A DNA stretch of 64,000 bases, from positions 57,114 to 121,113 of the forward strand of contig CAZYTX010000003.1 of the NCBI GenBank assembly GCA_964650485.1, in the 5' to 3' direction. This DNA is from an uncultured bacterium (GTDB taxonomy: Bacteria > RBG-13-61-14 > DATKZS01). This document shows positions 55,423-64,000 of the stretch, in pieces. A program made the position numbers and the translations under genes. Positions within the stretch are counted from its first letter, which is position 1. The number at the start of each line of letters is the position of its first letter. A model generated the notes under the pieces. That model saw nothing but the letters and a program-made list of their open reading frames with translations. It made no database searches and was not told the DNA's origin.

Positions 55423-56244
55423 TCACTCCCCCGGACCACGGTAGTGTCTTTTTACGATCGCGTCCGAGACCTTCCTGGACATGCCCGGGAACGCCTGTGC
55501 CACCTTTATCATCACCCTGGCCCGGAAGCCGGGCGCGATTACCGCCCGGCCGCGTCTGATACCTTTTAGTATGTAGTCCGCGGTCTCCTCCACCGATAGG
55601 GTGAGCACACTCTCTGCCAGCTTCCTGTTCTCGACTGGCCTGTCCTTTTCCACCGCCTCCAGCATGGGGGTCTGGACCTGGGGCGGGACCACCAGGTGCA
55701 CTGCTATGCCCTGAGGCAAAAGCTCCTGGCGCAGGGCCTCTGTAAAGCCCACCACGGCGTGCTTTGAGGCGCAGTATGAGGTGTAACCGAACACGCCCAT
55801 CACCCCCGCGGCCGAAGCTATGTTTATGATCCTTGCTTTCGACTTCTTCTTGAGCAGTGGCAGCACCGCCTTAATGCAATGCAGCGCCCCGAAGAAGTTG
55901 GTGTCCATGAGGGCGCGGAAGTTATCCAGGCTGGTATGCTCGAAGTAGGCGCCCGAGAGTATGCCGGCAGAGTTCACCAGCGCGTCCGGCCGGCCCATGG
56001 CCTCTGTCATCCTGGCCACGGTCTCGTTGACATGCTCGATGCTGGTTATGTCACAGGAGAATGCACGTATGGCGGACTCGTCCGCCCCGGTCGCAGAGGC
56101 TATTTCATCGCGGACGCGAGAGAGCTTTGCCTGGTCCCGGGCCAGGAGCGCGATGCGGGCTCCTTGCGCGGCAAGCCTGGTTGCCATGCAGGCGCCGATA
56201 CCGCTCGATCCCCCGGTTATAATCACACATTGGTCCTTCCACAT
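55423..56244 (-). CDS. Short-chain dehydrogenase/reductase (SDR)
   Basis: VIITGGSSGIGACMA (TGxxxGxG), NSAG, and YCASKHAV (YxxxK). Confidence 0.85.
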   Translation of the reverse strand: MWKDQCVIITGGSSGIGACMATRLAAQGARIALLARDQAKLSRVRDEIASATGADESAIRAFSCDITSIEHVNETVARMTEAMGRPDALVNSAGILSGAYFEHTSLDNFRALMDTNFFGALHCIKAVLPLLKKKSKARIINIASAAGVMGVFGYTSYCASKHAVVGFTEALRQELLPQGIAVHLVVPPQVQTPMLEAVEKDRPVENRKLAESVLTLSVEETADYILKGIRRGRAVIAPGFRARVMIKVAQAFPGMSRKVSDAIVKRHYRGPGE

Positions 56245-56329
56245 GAAAAATGAAAAGCTCTCCCCGCCTGGCCAGTATTATAACAGAAATGGGTGGATCA
56301 TACAAAATTGGACAAGAGTGATGAAATAT

Positions 56330-56364
56330 AAACTCCCGGCGCCTTTGAGCGACGCCGGGAGTTT
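56330..56364 (-). terminator. Rho-independent terminator (12-bp perfect stem AAACTCCCGGCG/CGCCGGGAGTTT) downstream of the Cys/Asp-rich protein gene
   Basis: Hairpin 16 nt after the minus-strand stop, followed on that strand by UUUAUAUUUCAU. Confidence 0.5.
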
Positions 56365-56379
56365 CTTTAAGCTTTAGTG

Positions 56380-57084
56380 CTATGGACAGGCGGCGGTTCC
56401 CGCACAGTTTGGATCGTTGCAGTCAGTGAGCCCGTCGCCATCCTCGTCGCCCGAAGCTCCGGAGCAGCCGCTCTCTATGCATGCAGGGTCTTCTTCGCAA
56501 TCGGGGTCCTGGCAGTCAACTTTTCCGTCGAGGTCATTGTCCTGGGTGTCGTCGCAGTTCCCCGCCTCCATGCAATCCGGGTCGTTTGCGCAGTCGGAGT
56601 CTGCGCAGTCCACCAGTGTGTCGCCGTCGTTGTCCATGCTGTCGTCACACACCTCGACCATGAGGTCCTGCCCGTCGCAGTTCTGGTCAATCCCGTCTCC
56701 TGTGGGGTCGGGCGCTCCCGGGTGAATTGATGAATCCCCGTCGTTGCAGTCGGCGCCGTTTGCCAGGAGGCTGTCATACCCGTCCCCGTTCACTATCACC
56801 TGCAGGTACGCATCAGCCTGGGAGAACACCTCCGGGTCTATGGGGTTCACGCTGCCAAGGAGGATGTGATACAGCCCTCCTGTCACAAGCACGTTCGTCT
56901 GGGTCTCGCCCCACAGCATGGTGTCGCCGTAAAGGCCCGGATAAACCTCGAAGCGCATGTCCACGGTCTCGCCGTCAAGGGGCGCGCCCGCAGCGTCGGT
57001 CAGCCTTCCCTGGTAGTTAATGAGCCTGGGCACAGACTGGGCAAGAGCAGCAGCGGCGATGACAATAAGCCCCAGCACTGCCAA
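56380..57084 (-). CDS. Secreted protein with C-terminal Cys/Asp-rich tandem repeats (C-x-D-x-x-D-N-D-x-D-G-x-x-D-C-x-D-x-D-C)
   Basis: Signal peptide MAVLGLIVIAAAALAQS, an N-terminal beta-rich domain, then four Cys-Asp repeats of roughly 27 aa (CDDSMDNDGDTLVDCADSDCANDPDC...). Confidence 0.6.
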   Translation of the reverse strand: MAVLGLIVIAAAALAQSVPRLINYQGRLTDAAGAPLDGETVDMRFEVYPGLYGDTMLWGETQTNVLVTGGLYHILLGSVNPIDPEVFSQADAYLQVIVNGDGYDSLLANGADCNDGDSSIHPGAPDPTGDGIDQNCDGQDLMVEVCDDSMDNDGDTLVDCADSDCANDPDCMEAGNCDDTQDNDLDGKVDCQDPDCEEDPACIESGCSGASGDEDGDGLTDCNDPNCAGTAACP

Positions 57085-57233
57085 AGAGACTCTGGATTTC
57101 CTTGCTTTCTCCTCCTTGTTGGGATAGTGGGTCCTTTAGCCCGACCCCTTTTTCAATGCGCTTTCAGTCCCTGTGTCAAAAGCAAAGCGGAAAAACAATT
57201 AGCAGAATGAATCAATTCAAGAAAGCAAATGGT

Positions 57234-58190
57234 TCACTCGAGCACCCTCTTGGCCCGGAGAAGTATCTCCAGGGTCTCTTTGCTTGAATAGCGGAAACCG
57301 AACCCGAGCTCCTCCCTGAGCCTTGTGCTGTCCAGCACCCAGGGCCAGCGCATGAAGTCGAGCAGCGAGGGGGGCGCCTTCATGACGGGCAGTTGCAGCC
57401 TCCAGGCAAGGCCGACCAGGCGCTTTAGCAGGGCCAAGGGCAATCGCACGGAGAAGCGCTGGGTGAGCTCCACCGCCTCCTGCAGGGTGACGGCGTCCGG
57501 GGGCGCCACGTTGAACGGCCCTTTTCCCTGCTTTTCCAGGATGGCTATTATGGCCCTTGCGACGTCGTCCTCGTGCACGAACTGGAGGGGAGGGTTGTAC
57601 CCCCTGGGGACCACGGGCACGAGCATGGTGAGGAGGTCTCCCAGGTAGTTGTTCACCAGGGGCCCGTACACCACGCACGGCCTTATGATGCTTGTTATGG
57701 TGTCGGGGTGCTCTTTTATGAACTCCTGGCATATGAACTCGACCTGTGACTTGTCGTTGGCATACTTGAAAGTGGGGTGAGGCCTTATAGGGTCGGATTC
57801 TTTGAGCGGCACGGGGTTGTCGGGCCAGACCCCGTAGGCAGTGCCTGAACTCGCCACCAGCACCTGGGGCACTTTTGCTTCGGCTGCGGCCCGGAGCGCG
57901 TTCCTGGTGCCCTGGACGTTCACCTTTTCCATGAGGGCCTCGTCAGGTATGGGGTCCACGATAAAGGCCAGGTGCACGAACATGTCCGGCCGTATCTCGC
58001 ACACCCACTCGACCAGGCCAGGGTCGTTAATGTCCATCTCCCTGAACTCGGCCTTGTCGAACTTGTAGAGCGGTTTTTTAACGTCCATGCCGAAAACGCG
58101 CTGGCACCAGTCCAGGTGGTCGAGCCGCTTGCAGAGGGCCCCGGCTATGTAGCCTCCCATTCCGGTGATGAAGACATTTTTCTTTTCCAT
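57234..58190 (-). CDS. NAD-dependent epimerase/dehydratase
   Basis: MEKKNVFITGMGGYIAGAL (Rossmann), YANDK (YxxxK) and IIRPCVVYGP. Confidence 0.8.
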   Translation of the reverse strand: MEKKNVFITGMGGYIAGALCKRLDHLDWCQRVFGMDVKKPLYKFDKAEFREMDINDPGLVEWVCEIRPDMFVHLAFIVDPIPDEALMEKVNVQGTRNALRAAAEAKVPQVLVASSGTAYGVWPDNPVPLKESDPIRPHPTFKYANDKSQVEFICQEFIKEHPDTITSIIRPCVVYGPLVNNYLGDLLTMLVPVVPRGYNPPLQFVHEDDVARAIIAILEKQGKGPFNVAPPDAVTLQEAVELTQRFSVRLPLALLKRLVGLAWRLQLPVMKAPPSLLDFMRWPWVLDSTRLREELGFGFRYSSKETLEILLRAKRVLE

Positions 58191-58259
58191 TTGGGGGCGA
58201 GCATACAATCAATCCGATCGGGGGTCAATAAGAATTACATAGGACTGAGCTACGGTGTT

Positions 58260-59291
58260 TTAAGTGTCCCGTGCCTGTTCAAGCTCCTGCGACTCCTCCC
58301 TTAGCTTCATGAGTGAGTATCCCTCTCGCCAGAGGGCGATGGCGCCCGCGGCTATCAATGGAAAGTAGTAGCAGGAGTGAAGCACGACAGCGAAGGAAAG
58401 TGCAGTGCCGGCGTCAACCTCGGGCTTTAAGAAAACCAGTCCCTGCTGGTTGAATGCGTGGAAGGTCCCGAAGAAGCCCGGGGTGGCGGGTATGGATGCA
58501 GCGGCGCTTCCTATCACCAGCATGAACATGCACCCGAAGAAGTCAATGTCAATATTGAATGCCAGGCCGGAGAGCCACACCGGGAGCAGGTTAACCACCC
58601 ACACGAACACGCTCATGCCCACAAGAGCGACAAGGGCGCGCGGCCTGCCCATGATGACCAGGCCGGATGCGAACCTTTTAATAGAGTCGAGCGCGGCCTT
58701 GCGGGGCCTTTGCGGCAGTATGGCCATGACCTTTTCCATCCAGGGCATGAGCACGTCGGTCCTGGCATGGAGGAGCATGAGGAATGAGAACAGCAGGGCT
58801 GCGGCTATCAAGGTGGCTGTGCCTGTATGATGCACCGCGGCCTCGAGCCTTTTGTACTCATCAGAAAAGGGCACGATCATAAGCACCGCAGCCAGGAACA
58901 CCAGCATGACCAGGAAGTCGAACAGCCTCTCAACCACAACCGTGGCCAGGGCCGCGCTGTAGGTGATGCTCTCCTCCTGCCGGCCGATCAAAAACACCCG
59001 CATGAACTCGCCCGCCCTGAGCGGGAACACGTTGTTGCCCATGTAACATACGAGTATGGACACGAAGGAGTTGCGCAGGCTCACCCGGCCGCACTGGTTC
59101 AATATGAAGCGCCACCTCAGGGCCCTGAAGAACATGACCGCGAAGTAAGAGGCCACAATGGGTATAAGAAGCCACCAGTGGGCCTCGATAAACGAGCGGC
59201 CGAACCTGTGCCAGTCCTCCACCTGCCAGAGAACAAAGGCGATACAGGCCGCGCTTATGAGCACCCCCGCCCAGAAGTGCCAGCGCTTCAC
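58260..59291 (-). CDS. Integral membrane protein of the lysylphosphatidylglycerol-synthase-TM/flippase-like (UPF0104) family
   Basis: About 8 TM helices; RALRWRFIL and GNNVFPLRAGEFMRVFL motifs are typical of this family. Confidence 0.7.
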   Translation of the reverse strand: MKRWHFWAGVLISAACIAFVLWQVEDWHRFGRSFIEAHWWLLIPIVASYFAVMFFRALRWRFILNQCGRVSLRNSFVSILVCYMGNNVFPLRAGEFMRVFLIGRQEESITYSAALATVVVERLFDFLVMLVFLAAVLMIVPFSDEYKRLEAAVHHTGTATLIAAALLFSFLMLLHARTDVLMPWMEKVMAILPQRPRKAALDSIKRFASGLVIMGRPRALVALVGMSVFVWVVNLLPVWLSGLAFNIDIDFFGCMFMLVIGSAAASIPATPGFFGTFHAFNQQGLVFLKPEVDAGTALSFAVVLHSCYYFPLIAAGAIALWREGYSLMKLREESQELEQARDT

Positions 59292-60274
59292 TGCCGGCCG
59301 CCTTCTGGCTGTCCGGACCTGTCAGGTTTAGAGCGGTCCGGCTCGCGCTTTGCTTCCATTGCAAGGACCTCGCGGGCCTGCTCCACGTCTTTTTTTATCT
59401 GCTCTACAAGCTCCTCGGGCGAGCTGAACTTGACCTCCCCACGGAGCCTCTTTATAAGACCCAGCCGTACGTTTTTATCCTGCAGGTCCCCCTGGAAATC
59501 CATCAGGTGGGCCTCGATCGAGAGCTCCTGGTCTTCGAAGGTGGGGTTGGAGCCGATGTTCACCACCGCGGGGAACAGGGAATCGTCCCACTCCGCGGTG
59601 GCCGCGTACACCCCTTCCGGGGGTATGAGTGTGTTCTCCCATGAGAGGTTTGCGGTGGGAAAGCCCATGCCCTCGCCCCTGCCGTGTCCGGGTATGACCC
59701 TGCCTTGCAGGTGATAGGGGGGTCCCAGGAGTTTCCTGGCCCGCTGCATCTCGCCCGCCTGGATAAGCCCCCTGATCCGGGTCGAGCTCACCGGCTTTCC
59801 CTCGACCGTGACCACGGGCACGCCCTCGACCTCGAACCCGTACTCTTGGCCCGCCTGTCTAAGAAACTCCTCGTCCCCCTGCCGGTCTTTCCCGAATCGG
59901 AAGTCGTGTCCCAGCACGATTACCCGGGGCCCGAACTTGTCTTTTAGCTCAGATACGAACTCCTTTGCGGAAAGGGAGGCGAACTCGGTGGTGAACTCGA
60001 CCTTTACAAGGTAGTCCACGCCAAGGTCGGATATGAGACGTACACGCTCGGGAAAGGGGAATATGGATGGAACCGACTGGCCGGGGTATATGACCTCGCG
60101 CGGGTGGGGCTCAAAGGTCATCACTACAGAAGGCACTCCCAGCCTCTTTGCATGGTCCATGACCCGCTCCATGATCTTGCGATGGCCGGCGTGCACACCG
60201 TCGAAGTTGCCCACGGTGACTGCCGAGGCCTGGAGTGTGTTTTTGCGGGCCGCCTGGAAACAGATTTCTTCCAT
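59288..60274 (-). CDS. ribF: Bifunctional riboflavin kinase / FMN adenylyltransferase
   Basis: VTVGNFDGVHAGHRKIM (FAD synthetase) and GRVIPGHGRGEGMGFPTANL (riboflavin kinase), plus a roughly 30-aa basic/Pro-rich C-terminal tail. Confidence 0.9.
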   Translation of the reverse strand: MEEICFQAARKNTLQASAVTVGNFDGVHAGHRKIMERVMDHAKRLGVPSVVMTFEPHPREVIYPGQSVPSIFPFPERVRLISDLGVDYLVKVEFTTEFASLSAKEFVSELKDKFGPRVIVLGHDFRFGKDRQGDEEFLRQAGQEYGFEVEGVPVVTVEGKPVSSTRIRGLIQAGEMQRARKLLGPPYHLQGRVIPGHGRGEGMGFPTANLSWENTLIPPEGVYAATAEWDDSLFPAVVNIGSNPTFEDQELSIEAHLMDFQGDLQDKNVRLGLIKRLRGEVKFSSPEELVEQIKKDVEQAREVLAMEAKREPDRSKPDRSGQPEGGRQ

Positions 60275-60295
60275 CTTTATCTGGAGCCTGAATCC

Positions 60296-62941
60296 TTACA
60301 CCACCACGTTCACCAGCTTGTTTTTGACCACCACCACCTTGCGCACGGGCTTGCCGGCCATGTAGTTGTGAATATAGTTTTTCACCTGGTCGTTCTTCAT
60401 GGCGATCTCTTCGAGCTCGTCCTTTTCAGCGTCAACCGGCGCCTCCACCCTTGCCCTTACCTTGCCGTTCACCTGCAGCACCAGCTCGAAGGTGTCCCTT
60501 GCCAGGGCTTTTTCGTCGAACCCCGGCCACTCAGCCCGGAAGGTGCTCTCGGCGTGTCCGAGCTCGTGCCAGAGCTCTTCCACCAGGTGCGGGCAGAAGG
60601 GGTTTAGCATGAGCATGAAGCGCTCGAAGGAGAACCTAATTAGCGCGTATCTTCTTTCATGGTCGTCCCCCGCCTCCGGGTCGAAACCGCTCATCTGGTT
60701 GAAAAGCTCCATGAGCGCGGCTATGGCGGTGTTGAACACCCACCTGTCAACCCGGTCGGTCACGTCTTTCACCGCCTGGTGGGTCTTCCTGTAAAGCTCC
60801 TTTTCATCTTCCGGCCCGGCGAGGAAGTCGTGCTCTCCCGTGTCCGGGCGGGCCTGTTCCATGCGCTCGATATTCTTCGAGGCAAAGGCCCATACCCTGT
60901 TTATGAACCTGTGCATGCCCTGGATGCGGTCCTCGCTCCACTCGATCTCCTTGTCCGGGGGGGCCTCGAACAGAAGGTAGAGCCGCATGGTGTCCGCGCC
61001 GTATTTGTCCACCATGTCCTGGGGGTCCACGGTGTTCCTCTTGCTCTTTGACATCTTCTCCTTGCGGCCGATCTGGAGCTGGCCCCCGCACGCCGGGCAC
61101 TTGTCGTCTTTCACTTCCTCCGGGAACACGTACCCGTGTTCCCGGCAGAGGTAGGACTCTTTTAGCACCATGCCCTGTGTGAGCAGCCTAGTGAAAGGCT
61201 CTCCGAAGTCGAGGTAGCCCAGGTCCCGGAGCACCTTGGTGTAAAAGCGCGAGTAGAGAAGATGCATGACCGCGTGCTCGATCCCGCCTATGTACTGGTC
61301 TACCGGCAGCCAGTAATGGACCTCATCGCGGTCAAAGGGCCCGGTGTCGCACCAGGGGGATGCGTACCTGTCAAAGTACCACGAAGACTCCATAAAAGTG
61401 TCCATGGTGTCTGTCTCGCGTCTGGCCTCGGCCCCGCAGCGAGGGCAGCTTACATTGACCCACCAGTCAATCCCCCCGAGCGGGTTCCCTCCGCCGACCT
61501 CGGACTGTACCTCGGCGGGAAGCTCCACCGGCAGGTCCGGGATTGGCACCGGCACCACACCGCACTTTTTGCAGTACACCATGGGTATGGGGGCCCCCCA
61601 GAAGCGCTGCCTGGAGATGAGCCAGTCCCTTATCCGGTAGTGCACGGTGGCTCCCCCCATGTTCTCGCTCGCAAGCCGCTCGCATATGACCTTCTTGAAC
61701 TCCTCGCTGTGCAGGCCGTTGTACTCCCCGGAGTTGATTATGGAACCCGGGTCCTCGTAAGCCTCGGTCATGTTCTCCGCGGTGATGGGCTCCTCATCAG
61801 GCGGCTGCACCACCGGCACTATTGATAGGTCATATTGTTTTGCGAACTCGAAGTCCCGCTGGTCGTGCGCCGGCACTGCCATGACCGCGCCGGTGCCGTA
61901 CTCCATGAGCACGAAGTTGGCCACGTACACGGGCATGCGCAGCCCTGTCACCGGGTTTATGCAATAGGCCCCGGTGAACACCCCCTCTTTTTCGTAGTCC
62001 TCGGCCGAGCGCCTGGTGCGGTCCTCTGCCCGGACCCTCTCGCAGAACTCGCGCACCTGCTCTTCCTGGTCCGTGCCTTTTGAGAGTATGGCGCACAAGG
62101 GGTGCTCTGCGGCCAGGCTCATGAAGGTGGCCCCGTACAAGGTGTCCGGCCTGGTGGTAAACACCACTATCCTGTCTATTTCCCCGTCGGTCTCCGGGTC
62201 TGGGTAAGGCCTCTCAAGCTTGAAATGTATCATGGCCCCCTCGGAGCGGCCGATCCAGTTCCTCTGCATCAAGAGCACCTTCTCGGGCCAGCCGGGCAGC
62301 TCGTAGGTCTTTTGCAGGAGCTCCTCTGCATACTCGGTGATCTTCAGGAACCACTGCGACAGCTCGCGCTGTCGCACCCTTGTCTCCGGGTGGCGCCAGC
62401 AAAAGCCGTCCTCCACCTGCTCGTTTGCAAGCACGGTGTTGCACTTGTCGCACCAGTTGACCCAGGCCTTTTTCCGCTCGACCAGGCCCCGCTCCCACAT
62501 CTCGATGAAAACCTTCTGCTCCCACTTATAGTAGTCCGGGTCGCATGTGGCGAACTCTCTCCTCCAGTCGTAGGAGTACCCCATGCGCTTTAGCTGCCCG
62601 CGCATGTGCTCGATGTTCTGCCGGGTCCAGGTGTTTGGGTGCACCCCGGCCTCGATGGCCGCGTTCTCCGCGGGAAGGCCGAATGCGTCCCATCCCATGG
62701 GGTGGAGCACGTTGCAGCCGCGCATCACCTTGTAGCGGGAGACTACGTCTCCGATGGAGTAGTTGCGCACGTGGCCCATGTGCAGTTTGCCCGAGGGGTA
62801 GGGGAACATCTCCAGGAGATAGTACTTCGGGGCGCCCGGGTCCATGTCCGCCTGGAACACGCCATCGCTCTCCCAGCGCTCCTGCCACTTAAGTTCTATC
62901 TGTTCAGGGTTGTACTTTGAGTCCACCGGCCCGCTCCGCAC
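60296..62941 (-). CDS. leuS: Leucyl-tRNA synthetase
   Basis: YYLLEMFPYPSGKLHMGHVRNY (HIGH), CP1 editing domain and KMSKS. 881 aa. Confidence 0.95.
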   Translation of the reverse strand: MRSGPVDSKYNPEQIELKWQERWESDGVFQADMDPGAPKYYLLEMFPYPSGKLHMGHVRNYSIGDVVSRYKVMRGCNVLHPMGWDAFGLPAENAAIEAGVHPNTWTRQNIEHMRGQLKRMGYSYDWRREFATCDPDYYKWEQKVFIEMWERGLVERKKAWVNWCDKCNTVLANEQVEDGFCWRHPETRVRQRELSQWFLKITEYAEELLQKTYELPGWPEKVLLMQRNWIGRSEGAMIHFKLERPYPDPETDGEIDRIVVFTTRPDTLYGATFMSLAAEHPLCAILSKGTDQEEQVREFCERVRAEDRTRRSAEDYEKEGVFTGAYCINPVTGLRMPVYVANFVLMEYGTGAVMAVPAHDQRDFEFAKQYDLSIVPVVQPPDEEPITAENMTEAYEDPGSIINSGEYNGLHSEEFKKVICERLASENMGGATVHYRIRDWLISRQRFWGAPIPMVYCKKCGVVPVPIPDLPVELPAEVQSEVGGGNPLGGIDWWVNVSCPRCGAEARRETDTMDTFMESSWYFDRYASPWCDTGPFDRDEVHYWLPVDQYIGGIEHAVMHLLYSRFYTKVLRDLGYLDFGEPFTRLLTQGMVLKESYLCREHGYVFPEEVKDDKCPACGGQLQIGRKEKMSKSKRNTVDPQDMVDKYGADTMRLYLLFEAPPDKEIEWSEDRIQGMHRFINRVWAFASKNIERMEQARPDTGEHDFLAGPEDEKELYRKTHQAVKDVTDRVDRWVFNTAIAALMELFNQMSGFDPEAGDDHERRYALIRFSFERFMLMLNPFCPHLVEELWHELGHAESTFRAEWPGFDEKALARDTFELVLQVNGKVRARVEAPVDAEKDELEEIAMKNDQVKNYIHNYMAGKPVRKVVVVKNKLVNVVV

Positions 62942-63115
62942 CTATGGAAATAGGCAAGGGAGAGCCCTTGCCCGCTTTTTTTAATTTAACACCGCGATGC
63001 ATCATGGTCAAGAAAAACCAAGGGAGCTGCCCTTGTGAAGGATAGTGCAGCAGAAAGGCAATGGTATTTTAGCTCTATTAATATGCTATGATTGCATGCA
63101 GAAAGGCGCCGCATT

Positions 63116-64000
63116 TTGAAATTCTTCACAAAGGACACGGATATAGCAGGTCTTCCATGCGATTACGGACCTGCGAGGCCGGACCATTTCAGGGTTGACA
63201 GAATCATCCTCGCCAAGGGGAGCGACTCTTGTTTTGAAAGGCGGCGCTTCATCGCCGGGATCTGCGAGCTCTACCCTGAAGCCGAAATAATCGAGAGTCT
63301 CCATGTGCCCCATAACCGAATTGACCTCGATGAGAAAGACCCTGCCAGGAGGGCTGAAAAAGGCAAAGCAACCCTGGTGTTCGGCGAGCACAAGAGCGCG
63401 GTGCGCCGGAGTGATGAACAAGGCATTGCCTGCCCTACCTACTGGCACTTCTCGCCCTGGGGCTTCTGCTTTTACGGGTGCAAGTATTGCTACCTCTCGG
63501 GGACAAGGACCGTGTGGCATTCTCCAACAGTGAAGATCTTCCTCAACCTGGAGGAGATACTAAGCCAGGTTGACATGGCCGCTTGGCGGGAGAGCAGGCC
63601 GGTGGCCTTCTACCTTGGCAAGCTCCAGGACGGACTGGCCCTTGACGCCTTGACCGGGTACTCCGAGGTCATGGTCCCTTTCTTCGCCCGGCATGAATTC
63701 GCGAGAATGACGCTCCTCACAAAAAGCGACCGGGTTGAGAGGCTCCTTCCTCTGGACCACCGCAGTCACACCATCCTCTCCTGGAGCGTGAACCCGCCGG
63801 AGATAGCCTCGCGCTTCGAGGAGAGGGCGCCCCCGGTCAGGGACCGGCTCAGGGCAATGAAGAGCTGCGCGGACGCGGGCTACCCGGTGCGGGCGGTGAT
63901 GATGCCGCTCATACCTGTCCCGGGCTGGCAGGACTATTACGCCGAGTTCACGCGGCGCCTGCTTCAAGAGGCGCCCCTGCAAAGGCTCACCATGGGCGGC
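63116..64000 (+). CDS. splB: Spore-photoproduct-lyase-family radical SAM DNA repair protein (SplB-like), 3' end beyond the window
   Basis: ...LVFGEHKSAVRR...CPTYWHFSPWGFCFYGCKYCYLSG (CxxxCxxC) ...LTKSDRV. The frame is open to position 64000, so it is absent from the ORF track. The start is uncertain (TTG 63092 or 63116). Confidence 0.65.
   Translation, partial: MKFFTKDTDIAGLPCDYGPARPDHFRVDRIILAKGSDSCFERRRFIAGICELYPEAEIIESLHVPHNRIDLDEKDPARRAEKGKATLVFGEHKSAVRRSDEQGIACPTYWHFSPWGFCFYGCKYCYLSGTRTVWHSPTVKIFLNLEEILSQVDMAAWRESRPVAFYLGKLQDGLALDALTGYSEVMVPFFARHEFARMTLLTKSDRVERLLPLDHRSHTILSWSVNPPEIASRFEERAPPVRDRLRAMKSCADAGYPVRAVMMPLIPVPGWQDYYAEFTRRLLQEAPLQRLTMGG

Noticed and set aside
63086-63982. Two - strand ORFs (144 and 140 aa)
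   Set aside because: They are antisense to the SplB-like radical SAM gene, which is unlisted because it is open-ended.
1-64000. Search for tRNA, rRNA, CRISPR arrays, tmRNA, SRP and RNase P RNA
   Set aside because: There are no regularly spaced direct repeats and no tRNA-like GTTCRA...TCC motifs in the intergenic regions. All intergenic regions longer than 200 bp look like promoter or leader DNA.

Overview
This is a GC-rich (about 63-65%) bacterial chromosomal window with roughly 60 protein-coding genes on both strands. I found no rRNA, tRNA or CRISPR array. The backbone is housekeeping: rpsO-pnp, proA-nadD-rsfS, rpmA/rplU, plsY, leuD-leuB, ilvC, hemL, nadC-birA-coaX, ribF, leuS, an archaeal-type FBP aldolase/phosphatase and galT. 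Cell-envelope genes include two GT9 heptosyltransferases, a UbiA-family decaprenyl-phosphate phosphoribosyltransferase with an acetyltransferase, and two NAD-dependent epimerases. A polysaccharide-degradation set comprises two Cys-type sulfatases, GH43-like, GH63-like and GH88/105-like hydrolases. A VapBC module and a low-GC islet with a frameshifted YgiT zinc-finger antitoxin gene are also present.

The two most unusual loci are these. First, a class I SAM methyltransferase is translationally coupled, in the same frame and separated only by a TAA stop, to a compact fused HgcA-like corrinoid protein (NVWCAACGG cap-helix motif, four TM helices) with an HgcB-like 2x[4Fe-4S] ferredoxin domain at 5145-6863. 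Second, a 2026-aa acidic lipoprotein at 38596-44676 combines a papain-like cysteine-protease domain, two blocks of thrombospondin-type-3-like Ca-binding tandem repeats, a 7-repeat beta-propeller, a dockerin-like motif and TolB/PD40-like repeats. It is divergently paired with a 500-aa orphan gene of lower GC.

Other notable items:
- Two genes broken by single-base homopolymer frameshifts, so sequencing error and genuine pseudogenes cannot be separated here.
- A family of short GC-rich intergenic repeats (CGCCAAGG / GCGCCTTTGCG) at four or more loci.
- Several strong hairpin terminators and near-consensus sigma70 promoters.

All calls rest on reading the six-frame translations and the nucleotide sequence by eye. 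No database search was run.
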